From contig NMRA01000254.1 of NCBI GenBank assembly GCA_002633005.1, positions 492,436 to 556,435 of the forward strand: a stretch of 64,000 nucleotides of DNA, read 5' to 3'. Under the pieces are notes generated by a model. That model was not told the DNA's origin. It ran no database searches and saw only the letters and a list, made by a program, of their open reading frames with translations. Made by a program: the position numbers and the translations under genes. The DNA is from Phoronis australis. Taxonomy: Eukaryota; Animalia; Phoronida. This document shows positions 40,701 to 53,300 of the stretch, piece by piece (positions within the stretch are counted from its first letter, which is position 1; each line of letters starts with the position of its first letter).

Positions 40701-41282
40701 GGTGGCAAGGTGTTCAGTTCAACTTGCGGCATGCATGCCACGGGCGTAAGCGCGTGGCCTGATTATCGCCAATGAGACACTGTAACTTGTTGTTTTCCTT
40801 TGCTGCGTATTTGTTGGATATGAGAATATAGGTCGCATGAATATCGTACCAAGGACGCCAATATCTTTATTATAAGAATGAAAAACAAAGTGAACAATGG
40901 ATGCGCCAGTCCCCCGATCTCTATGCGACGAGCCCGGCTTTTGGCGACCTAGTTTCCCCGTGCGTCACTACTGAATTCTAAATGCTGAAATTATACCTAA
41001 GCAAAGCGTTCCATTCCCTCGGTGACCACTTCGACAACTACATGTAAATGAGCCAATGGTGTTCGAGCAGATCGCATTGACATCACAGTTGTCTTCTCCT
41101 GTTGTGCATTCGTCAATATCTGGAAATGTTTATCGAGATGATACGATTTGACTGAAGTGGGGGCGAGCGATAACACACTCATGAGTTACATGTAAGATAC
41201 AGAGCCTCTCAAACTAAACACAGAACAGAAAGAGAGAAACCGGAAGGAAATGTTCTCCTAGTAACTTGAAGTGTGAGGAAAN

Positions 41283-41329
<47 letters not shown>

Positions 41330-44300
41330 GTTTGGTAGGGGGCGCAGCTGTCAACTACTAGTGCTCGATTTACCCTTTGAGAGACCTGGCTAGGGCAATT
41401 TTGTCAGGTAGTCCTAGGTTAAAACAACATTTCATTACGGATCGTCTACAATCCAATGAAAGTGGTTGTAAATTATCTTTCGCAAGCGAGGAATAACAGA
41501 CAAGGACAGTTTTGGTCAGTGCGTGATCAAAGAATCGGTCTACAAGACGCTAAAACTGGACTGTAAGGAGCATGACCGTGAGAGAGGGGGAATAGCGGGC
41601 CACCGATGGAAAAGGAAGTTTATTGTTATGTACAAAATTTGATATATGCCGCAAGATGTAGTTGTTACAGAGCACGTAAAACACAACCAAAAACATTTTA
41701 AACGCAAGAAGAGAGCAAACTTTATTACTGATTTATGCAAATATTGAAACTATACCAGAGCATTGCGTTCCATTCCCCAGGTAAACACTTTGGCAGCTGC
41801 ACTGAGGTGAATGAACCAATGGTGTTGGAGCAGAAGGCTCCACAAGTGTTTTCGGCTGTTGCGCATTCGTTGATGTCTACGAATTTTTTATACAAAATTA
41901 CAATGCAACACTATATTCCAGTAAACCAGTAACCCCTTCGAACATGCGTAAAAGCAGTCAATTTGCAGGCTCCGCTATTGCTGCCATCGTGTTCACTTAG
42001 GAAATGTTTGCAGGCAAATTGTCACAGGTACAAAGTCCGAATTACTTTCACTTCTAATAGAATGTACAGTACCTGAGACGATTTTTCGTTTATACGCCAT
42101 CTAAGCTTAGCCAACACTGGTCAGCTCAGAAGCGGCCCCAAATTTTTGTTGGCCTGTTTTTGTGTTCATTAAATCTATTTGTCCTAAATACTGGCATTAT
42201 ACCAAGGCACTAGCACTGTGAATTATTCACTGGGTATCCTTTTGAAAACTGCTGCTGAGTGACGCACAGATATACATGCATATGTTCGAGCATATTGCCA
42301 TGACGTCACAGCTGTGTGAAATCCCATGGTGTACTCACGCATCCATGGAAATGCGAGGCCTGGAAAGCCATAAATAGACTAACATGAAATATTGAAAGTG
42401 ATTCTCTGTAACTGAAACAGAATTCAACCTGCTCACCTGGTATTTTTAGTGATTGTTGGTAAAGATTTTTAATTTCCTCTGTGGATATCACAGATTTTCC
42501 TTTTACATGTAGTTTCAAATTTCATAAAGAACGATCTGTCAACTGCTCACCACTTCGTCGAATTTTATCCCACAAGGCAAAGCACGTCTCCTTATTTCGT
42601 ATGGAAAGACATAGATGTAGCACATTTCCGTTATGAAAACTGTGACCTTTGACCTCAAACGACTTCAAGCAACTGACTGTGAGCGCATGCGCGCATTTAT
42701 CATAAACGGGAGGGCAATAAGAAAGTCTGTGGTAACCACAGAGTTTTACTTTTCGCGTATATCAAAAATCGTAAATTTTAAAAACTTTTTCTGGCAATTT
42801 CCTCACAGGGGAAAGTGAAACTACTCTTCACAAGGCGTTGTAAGATCGTTTAAAAGTTATTTTTGATGAGCTTCAGCGGCCCACGCCACTTGAACATGGT
42901 TATTGCGTTCAGCATTGGTATACTCAAGTAGAAGCAGTATTTTGGACAAGTGTAACTCTAAAAAATAGTTTCCTAAACCACTAATTTAAGGAAAAAGTTT
43001 TTTCAGTGCTTGCGATAAAATCCTCACCTCGGTATGGGTGTATTTTCCTTCGTAACCTTGTCATTTTTGCAATTGCAATTGTATTTTAATATTGGAAATT
43101 TGCGTAATTTTAATGCGCCACTACAGAGTTGTGAATCTTGAAAATTTACCAGAGCATTGCGTTCCATTTCCTCGGTAACCACCTTGACAACTGCAATTAA
43201 ATGAGCCGTAAGTGTTCGAGCAAACCCCATTCACATCACAGCTGTGTTCCCCTGTTATGCACTCGTCGATATCTGGAAATGTTTGATCCAACATTAACAT
43301 AAAGGAAGGCGGTGGGGGCAGGGCTGCTAACTAAGTACTTTTCTTAACCATTAAACTATGCAGAATGTCCAGTTTTGTCAATGCTTTGTGATTAAACCTT
43401 CACTTGGTATAGGCGTACTTCCCCTTCGCAACCACATCATTTAGTGAACTGCCTGTAATATACTTAACTCATATATTGTTTAGTAGTATTATCATTAAAT
43501 GATGAAGTGTGTGAATGAGTGTGCGAGTGTGTGAGTGAAAGTCCTTGCCCCTTTTCCTTGTTCACCCTTTCACCCTTTAAAAATTATCAATGTATATTAT
43601 TGAAGAATAAAATTATGAAAAAAAAACTGCCATTGAATTTTAACAGTGATAATTTGTGTACATTCAACGCACCAATACTGGGATGCAAATTCTGAAATGT
43701 TACCTGAGCATTGCACTCCATTTCCTTGGTAACCATCTTGACAACTACATTTAAATGAGCCACTGACGTTCGAACAGACGGCATTGACATTACAGTTGTG
43801 TTCTCCTGTTGCGCACTCGTCGATATCTGGAAATGTTTGATCCAAAATTAATATCAGCGAAGCAGGAAAGGCGGCAGGGCAGGGGAGCGAACAATCAGGT
43901 GATACGGGTCAGAGCAGCCCACTAAACAGAGGAGTGGATATAGGGGAGCCGGGAGGGAACGTGTCTCTAATAATTTGCGAGCTTGAAGGTAAAACAGGCG
44001 GAAGACTGCAGCGTCGGTAAATAAAAGAAATACACAAGGTAGAAAATATAATAATTCAGAGAACATTTATTTTTGAGCTAATAGAAATGCTTTCAAGCTT
44101 TATAGGGATTGGCAGGACATTTTTAGGTGGTCTAGTTTAAAACAACATTTGTGCTATTGATTGTCAATGTTCACTTGAAATCGAGGGTACAGAAAAATTT
44201 TGGTGGGCTAGAAATAAAGTGCGGGAGTATTGTTGGTCCAAACTTGACGACAGAGCGTTTTGTCCGCGAGAAGCAAAACGTGGCCCAGGAGGGGAAATGA

Positions 44301-47300
44301 GAATCCTAGAGTGGGCAATGGGATGGGCGAGAAAAAAATTGGGTGAGCTCGCGGGCCGCTCACGGACAGGGAAATCTATTATATAGGAAGTTTAATATAC
44401 CGCACGACGCTCTTGCTACAAAGCAGGCAAAAAACAAAAAAATTAGTTTTCTATTCAAATAGAATGCATCTTTATTACAGATTGATGTAAATGCTGAAAC
44501 TGTACCTGAGCACTGCGTTCCATTTCCTTGATAACCACTTTGACAGCTGCAGTTGAATGAGCCAATAATGTTCGTGCAAACTGCATTCACATCGCAATTG
44601 TTTTCTCCTGTTATGCATTCGTTGATATCTGTAAATATTTCATCCAAAATTTCGATGCAACAAGATATTTCAGTAGACGAGCGACTCCTCCATACTAGCG
44701 TAAAAGCAGGCAAGGGCAGCAAACACCACGTGTGTCAAATAAATTTGCGACATTGTTACCGTCGTGTTCACTATGAACTATTTGCACGTTACAATTAAAT
44801 ATGAGGAACACGAAGGGTTGACATCCGTCCACCTTGTAGGTCTGCATACAGTGCAGATGCAAAAGGTGATTACTTTTTTAAACATTCCCACTAAAGAGTG
44901 GTAAACTTAAAATGCCTCTAGGGGACGCATAGCATACATTGTATCAACAATGATCTTCTCAATAGGAAAAACCTGCAAAAACTAAAACTGGCACTAGGGA
45001 TAGTCAGATACAGTACCGGTACGTCCAATTGTTTTCATTTGTCGTCCGGTTCAAACGAATACACTTGCCAACTTTCACAAAGATCATGGAGGGAGCATCG
45101 ATTGCGAAAAAAGCAAATTCACTCTAGGGGACGCCACAGTAGTAAAAAGTGTCGGAAAAGATTGAGTAATGCTCTTCCCAGTAGGAACACATTTGCCAAT
45201 TTTCATAACGATTCTTAAAGTGGTTTGGCCAATAAAGAGATCAATGAACAAAACAAATCCATAGCTATTGAAAACGACGACTAGGAGGCGTACACTACTT
45301 TAAATCCATCCGAAAACGAAAAGGTGTCATGACCAAGACAATGCAAACTCAAGTTATTTGCCAAGTTTTATAAAAAACACATCAAGGAATTCCAAAGATA
45401 CAGAATTCCCATAGTGTACTCATGCATCTATGGAAATGTTTGATCCTAAAGGCGACATTTACAATTATTGCGTTTAGCACTATTATATTCGAGTTGAAAC
45501 AGTGTTTTGTACAAGTATATTACTACATATTACTTTGCTAAACCTCTAAACTATGGAGAATTCACAAAGAATATTAAGTGCCATTTATTAAACTTCACTA
45601 TCATAACTGCATCACCATGGCAATTGCAACTGAATTTCAACAGAGACATTTTGCATTCTTTCAATCCACAAGTATAATGAAATTTACCAGAGCATTGCGT
45701 TCCATTCCCTCTGTAGCCACCTTGACAACTACAGTTAAAAATGCCATTGATGTTCGAGCATACGGCATTGACATCGCAATTGTGTTCTCCTGTTGTGCAC
45801 TCGTCGATATCTGAAAATATGCGATAAAAATCAATACAAGCGTAGGGGACGCGGTCAACGAGGCGTGAACCTCCTCTCCTGGGGTAAGGGTCAGCACGCC
45901 ACTAAATAGACAGGTAAGGAAAAGGGGCTGGGAGTATACATGTACTTACCTATAATAACTTGCAGGCGTACGGATGAAACCTTCGTGGAAACCAGCACAG
46001 TTGTAGGTCGGGAGGTAGCATAGTTGCAGTGAAGAAAAGCAATACATAGAGAAACTTGTAGAAGCGCCAGTAATTTTTAGAACATTTGTTAACATCAATA
46101 TTGAATTAACCCTTTTGGGGGACTGTCCAAGAAATTTGATTTAAATGGCCCCAGTTTAAGACAATATTGCAGTATGGATCGTCTACGCTCAAATGCCATA
46201 TTTGGAATAAAATAGCTATGGCGATAGGAATGACGTCCTCAGCAGTGAAGGTACTTGTGCTACAAAAGAATACTTCTGCGAGACTCAAGATGTAACCCTA
46301 GAAGGGGAATGGTCGACCCAGAGATGGAATGGAGGGCGGGAGAGAAGTGTTTGGTACGAAGGCACACCCGATTGCGCTAACGGACAGAGGATTTTATTGT
46401 CTTGTATACACTCATGGGCGGCGCACTATAGGGGCCTGGGGGCTACAGCCCCACTTTTTTCAGTGCTGCGCCGCCCATGGTCTATGAGCGGTGTACAACA
46501 GGAGGGGGCTGGGGTTATAGCCCCTCTCTTTATTCTGTGCTGCACGTCCATGATACTACCATATATGCCGCACAATGAGGTTGCAGTAAAGCATGTCAGA
46601 GAAAACGACTTTCAAATCAACGTAAAAATTACTACTGAGTTATGGAAGTGCTGAAATTGTACCATAGCATTGTGTTCCATTCCCTTGGTAACCTCTTTGG
46701 CAGGAGCAGTTGAATGAGCCAATGGTGTTCAAGCAGACTGCTTTGACGTCACAGTTGTGTTGTGCTGCTGTGCACTCGTTGATATCTGAAAATTTTTTTA
46801 TCCAAAATAAACATGCAACAAGATACTTATTATAAGTTAAATTAAACCGTTGGTAACTATAATTGAATTTCAACAGAGAGTATGTGCAGTCTTCCAGTAC
46901 CCCACAACTGAGTTCTAAATGCTGAAATTTACCAGAGCATTGCGTTCCATTTCCTTGATAACCATCTTGACAACTACATTTAAATGAGCCATTGATGTTC
47001 GAACAGACTGCATTGACATCACAGTTGTGTTCTCCTGTTGCGCACTCGTCGATATCTGGAAATGTTTGATCCAAAATCAATATCAGCGAAGCAGGAAATG
47101 CTGAAATTTACCAGAGCAATGCGTTCCATTTCCTTGATAACCATCTTGACAACTACAGTTAAATGAGCCATTGATGTTCGAACAGACGGCGTTGACATCA
47201 CAGTTGTGTTCTCCTGTTGCGCACTCGTCGATATCTAAAAATGTTTGACCTAAAGTTAATATCACCGAAGGAGGTGGGGACGGGGTGGAGGTTGAGCGAC

Positions 47301-50300
47301 TCCGCTCCGCTTACTAAACAGAGAGTACATGTAAGGAGAAGAATGACCCTAAGCCAGCGTGAAAATGAAACTTTCGTCGCGGCCGGTATACTGTAGGCGT
47401 AGCGCGTGGGGTTGGGTATGCAGCAGCCAGTAAAAGAAATACACAACGAGAAATGTAGAAGAGATTATAATAGAGAGATCATTTGTCAACTACGTCGTAC
47501 CATTCTTGTATTTATCCTTTATTAGGTGACCAAATTTAAAACAACATTTCGTCTTGGATTGACTAAATTCACTTGAAATCGGGCGCATAGAATACATGTA
47601 GCTTTGGCGAGCAACGAAGGAATAACATGCCGGAACATTGTTGGTCCGTCTCGTTGGTTCCCTGCGTGCCGAGTCAGCATGCTCGCTGGTCCCTACGTGC
47701 CGAGTCAGCATGCTCGCTGGTCCCTACGTGCCTAGCCAGCACGCAAGTATCACGCAGCGGCACGCGCTTTAGCATTGGTGTATGTAACCTTAGCAGCCAT
47801 TGGTTAGCTTTACAACACCGTGAAAAAATGGCGGACTGTGAACGACTTTGGCGTCGCAGCAACAAATTCTTTTCTGCAGTGATGTTTAGTAGCCGAATGC
47901 TTGAAGCACATACATGCACAATAAACACATGTCTGGCCTATTTAAGCGATCTGTGTACTGTATGAATACAGGACAGTATCGTAAACCAAAAGTCATCGAC
48001 AGGTGAAAGATGTATTCTGAAAAGGTGCAACCACAATTTCTAGGATTCACATTTCCTGAACATAAATTTCAAGCCCCGATTTGTCTGTACAACAGACCTC
48101 ATTTGCACTTCAGTCCCTCAGTCATGCCAGCATAGACAATAGATTATCTATGATGCCAGCTTGTTTGCGCAAAGCGCTGCCTGTTGAGGATTCGACTAGC
48201 CATTCAGAAACGCCAGTGTAAAAAAATTCCCGAGGTAAATTAAGTGATACCTGCGTGCTGACTACCACGCAGAGAACCAGCGAGATCCGTCCGTGAGACC
48301 AATGAAAGTGGTCCAGGAAGGGAAATGAGTATGAAAGAGGAAAATAGCGTGCGATAAACAAGGTTTTTGTGCATGGGCTGACCACATCGCGATCCGCGCT
48401 TGGGCACTGAGAGAACTCTAGGTGCCGAGTCATGCATAAGGTACAACATATGCCGTACGAGGTGATTTCTACAAATCATGAAAGAAATCAAATGGATTTG
48501 TATGCTAGGAGATTGCAAGCTTTATGTCACTACTGAAATTGTACCTGAGCAAATCGTTCCATTCCCTAGGTAACCTGTTTGACAGGTGCAGATGAATGAG
48601 CCAACGGTGTTCGAGCAGGCCGCATTGACGTCACAGTTGTGTCCTCCTGTTGTGCATTCGTTGATATCTACAAACGTCTCTTTCAAAATTACGATGCAAA
48701 AAGATCTTTCAGTAACTCCCTCGTACTACAATTTTGAAGGGAAGCAATCTGTGCGTTTGTCGAATAAATTTGTGACAGTGTTCACGTTGGGTTCATTAAG
48801 GTCAACATGTACATTTGCTTGTTGATTGTCAATTTAACTAGGAATGGCCAGGCATGTGCAGTGGTGCGCAAATGCCGGTTTTTTGGCCGTTATTGATTTC
48901 ATCAAACCCATCTCTCCTAAATACTAAAATTGTACCTGTCCACTGCGTTCCATTTTTGTTAACAACAAACGCTGTTGGATGACCCACACGTTTCAGAGCA
49001 GTCGCGAATTCCCAGTATGCCCTGATCACCAATGCTTTGTCTTCAAGTCCATCTCTCAAACTGCCCATGTGGTTCCAGTATCCGAAAATACTTACTACAT
49101 AAAATCTTATTTTCGACACCCTGTCTTTATATTCTTTTCGCCTTTCTTGCCAAAAACGATTTTTGAACAGTACATGTATTTGCGACTTCTCTCTGAGCGT
49201 ATGATTACCGGTTGTCATCGGTTATTTCCGTACCCACATTTCAGGCTCATTAGTTCAGGAACTTGTCTTGAACGCCGCCATTTTTTCCTTGTAACTGAAT
49301 GTGCTATCGCTTGCTCGAAAAGTCTTCATTATTTTGTTTTATTTGTAATATCTCGTGATTCGTTTGCATATGTACTGTATTTATAGTTTGTAGTTAGTGG
49401 TCGTTGATTTTTTTTGGAATGTTACGCGTACTTAGTAGGTTAAAATAGCATTGGTGTTTAGTTCCTTACGTAGGCCGGTGGAACCTAGGAACCAATATGA
49501 GTAGAAACAAATTTTTTCGGTTTTATTTTTTTCTCGTTTTGAAAAAGTACTTTGCTATCATCGGAAAGGTAGTGCATTCTACTCAGTAAAAATCGAAAAG
49601 GTATCAAAATCGGGGCAAGCAGTGTAAAGTTATTGCAAGTTTTGTGGCGAAATTTGGGTCACTTTGTTTGGATCGCGTCAGCCATATTATTTGGAGGACA
49701 GCGGGATAAGTTACGAGTTCAAAAATTTGTGTGAATTGTTTTCGCCAACAAATTACGGTGAAATTTAGTTAGACATATGTTTACTTACTATTCTGCACGA
49801 TTTAACAGTGTTCACCAAATTTCAGCCTCGCAGTTGTTACTCATTAAGTGATAAATGTGCTCACAATTCCCGCTGGACCGACAACATGGCGACTTTTGCT
49901 GAACTGAAAGGCATGTTCAATCGGGTACTTTGTAATTTGTGAAGATTAAACGTTGATAAATTTTGACAAACGTTGCTACAAAAAAGAAACTTTGTTCAAT
50001 TTTCGTGTTTTTGTGAAAAAATATAAGATGTATTCGAATTATTTTACTGTAAATTTCCCATTCAGGTGATCTTACACTAAGTTAAAAAATAGTTCAAATA
50101 ATTTTGAAATGGTTTTTTGTTTGACTGTCAACTGCTGTTCAGGACTTGATTCGGTGTCACAAAATGATTCATATTTTTCTAAATTTAAAGTTTTAATTGT
50201 TTTCAAGTCATGTTTTGTAACTTATTGCTTCTTAATTCAGGTTATCAACTCAACAATATGAATAATCTTAATTTGAGAAATAAGCTATGTTGGACTGTGA

Positions 50301-53300
50301 AGTTTCAAGCCTCTAATTCTTGTTCCTTGCAACTTCATATTTTTTTAAATGATGCTTGTCAAATTCTGGTGTGAGGAAACGCTATTCCATCACCATGGTA
50401 ATAGTTACATGTATGTCCACTTTCATATCGTGGAAACTTGCTGTTGATTAGTGTTTGTAATGCTAAATGTTGTAAAGTATTGTGCATTTTAAGTTACGTA
50501 TTATGTTAAAAGTTTGAATCATTTTGGGTTAATGAATGAAAATGATAACATTTTGTATTGGACTTCTCATACTTATGTGCTCTAACGAGCCCTTTTTGGA
50601 GAACTGGAAAAAGGTCTGCCTCAGTCAGAGAAGCCCGAATTCCGGAAAAAGTAGAAAATGAGACAAAATTCCACTAGAAGACAGGAAGTACCAAAATTTA
50701 GCGTCTGCAATTCATACATAGCTCTGAACATACCCACCGAATCTTATAGTAAAAGATAGACATTGCCAAAAATTCCAGCCCCCCATTCTTTTAGGCTTGG
50801 TGCGCTCATACAAAATTTGGGAAAATCTATATTGAAAGCCAATAACTTTGCACAGTTCGCCAGAAGTACCCAAGTTCTGAATAAACCTCGTTTGAGCGAG
50901 CGCTGTGGCCAGCGACCAGTTAGGCCTAAGGGTAGCCTTGGCGCAAAGCTGTATAGGCCTACTAACAAGCACTGAGGCTAACTAAGGTCTGTCGCGGCAG
51001 TGTGACACAGGACTAACCAGCCCTTAATTTCATGCAAGTGTCTGAAACTACCTTTGAATAAATGCAGATTTATGATTTGACCATTTTACTTCGACAAAAC
51101 AACTTGCAACCGCATGCGTTTACCGTTCGCCAGTGTTTGGTCTCGACGGGCACTGGGTCCGATAGGCTGCGGTCCCGAGTCTGGCAAAATAATTTCTGTC
51201 AAAATTTATTCGCCACATTGCTTCAGCAAATTCGATAAAACTGTCCGTATTTTGATTTTATTAAAATTAAGGTGCGCTGTTGATTATTTTATTCCCGTTT
51301 GCAGGCTTGTAACAGGCACTCACATTGACGGCGTTTTCTTAGCCTAGGTTCCTGAATGAATTGTACTTCCGGGTTCGCGGCAAGTTCAAAATAGCGGTGG
51401 TTCTTCGGGTGCGAATCGTGAGTGGCGCGTTCATTTAAACTTTTTTCGAGTACGGATCGTGTATTAGCTATGGGGTAGGTACTTCTTGGATCCTTATAAC
51501 ATCCTCTAACCATGTAGTAAGGGTTAACAACGCGCCAGGTTTAACATAATTATCGCGTTCAGAATTACCTTGCTCGAAACAAAAACTATGCAGGACAAGC
51601 TAGTTTAACTCCACAAACTTCTTTCCTAAACTTTCAGTGTATGGAAAATACATGTGGATACTCAAGTTTTTGTCGTTGCATCGTGATCAACATTTCATTT
51701 CCGTATGAGCACTCATTACGTTCGTAACCACCTACAACTGGATTTCAATAGCGGCAACTGCATACTTTCAATGCACCACTAGATGTTGAAATTGTACCAG
51801 AGCACTGCGTCCCATTTCCTTGGAAACCACTGTTACAGCTACAGTTGAATGAACCAAAGGTGTTTGAGCAGACGGCTTTGGCGTTACAGTTGTGTTCTCC
51901 TGTTCTGCATTCGTTGATATCTGAAAAAGTTTGACTCGAAATTGGTGCAAGCGCAAGAGTTCAGGGTTGGGAGGGGCAAGCAACGCTCACTGAACAGAGA
52001 GGTAGGAAAATGGGGAACGTAAAGATACGTGCTCATGTTAACTTACTGTAAGTTACAGCCATAGGGAACAGACAAGGCAGTCACGAACTGAAAGACACAG
52101 TGAACCACAACTTTTAAAAGAGAATATCTGCCAACAGCATCAGACTCACCTGGATTTGGCCAGGACATTCTGTTAGGGAACGGCACACTTTTAACAAAAT
52201 CGGAGTGGATCGTCTGCGCTCCGACTTTAAAGCCAGATAACAGAATTGCTTTGGCGAGCAAGGTATACGTGTAATTTGTGGGAGAATCGTTCAATTGTCA
52301 GTGAGAGGCAAAATTGTCTAGGAAGGGGAATGAGCGTGCGCGACAGGGAATAGCATATGTGAGAGAATTTTGCGCTCGGTCATATCAGATTTTGAGCCTG
52401 GCGCAGGCGCGGAAGTCTGGGTGCCTTGTCATCTACAGAGCACGATGTATACCTGACGCTATGTTTGCTGCAAAGCATGTAACTTTCAAGAAAACAAAAA
52501 ATAAATGTGATTTTCTTTGCCAATAGATGGCATACTAATGCGCTTTGTAAATGCTGAAATTGTACCTGAGCATTGTGTTCCATTCCCCGTGTAACCACTT
52601 TGACATCTGCAGTTGAATGAGCCAACGGTATTTGAACAGATTGCATTGCCGTCACAATTGTGTTGAGAAGATGTACATTCGTCGTAATCTAGTAATATTT
52701 GGTTCGAAATTAAGATGCAACAAGACATTTTAGTTGAAACGTAACTCAATGGTATTGGCGTACAGGCAAAATTAGTAATTAAATCAATGCTGCATTTGTC
52801 AATGAATTAATGATATTTTTCCTGACATGTTCATTTGAAGCTATTTGCCCATTTGCAGTAAGAATGTCACCATTCTCTCGTTAATCCACTTTCGAAACTA
52901 CAACTGAATTTCAAGAGACGGGGAAATTGCATGCTTTCACTGTATTACAACTGAGTTCTAAATGCTGAAATTGCACCTGAGCATTTCGTTCCATCCCCCT
53001 GGTAACCACTTCGACAACTACATTTAAATGAGCCAATGGTGTTCGAGCATACCGCATTGACATCGCAATTGTCTTCGGCTGTTGTGCATTCGTTGATATC
53101 TGCAGTAGAAACATTCGAAAATTCATTATTGCACGGATTATATAGTTAATGCAAAACACTATCGAGTTCGTGTAAAAGCAGGCAATTTGCAAAGAAAGTC
53201 ATGACATATTTGACAAATATATAAGTGACATCATTTCTGTGTTTGTTAGGAAGTGTTTTCAACATTTTGACCATAAAACCATTTGGCACTTTTCGCGACA

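Noticed and set aside
41282-41328. Long poly-G tract (G-quadruplex candidate)
   Set aside because: Begins at an N; likely a sequencing or gap-filling artefact expanding a short G-rich stretch.
47655-47745. CRISPR-like 31-bp repeats
   Set aside because: Head-to-tail with no spacers, subterminal to a TIR element, in eukaryotic DNA.
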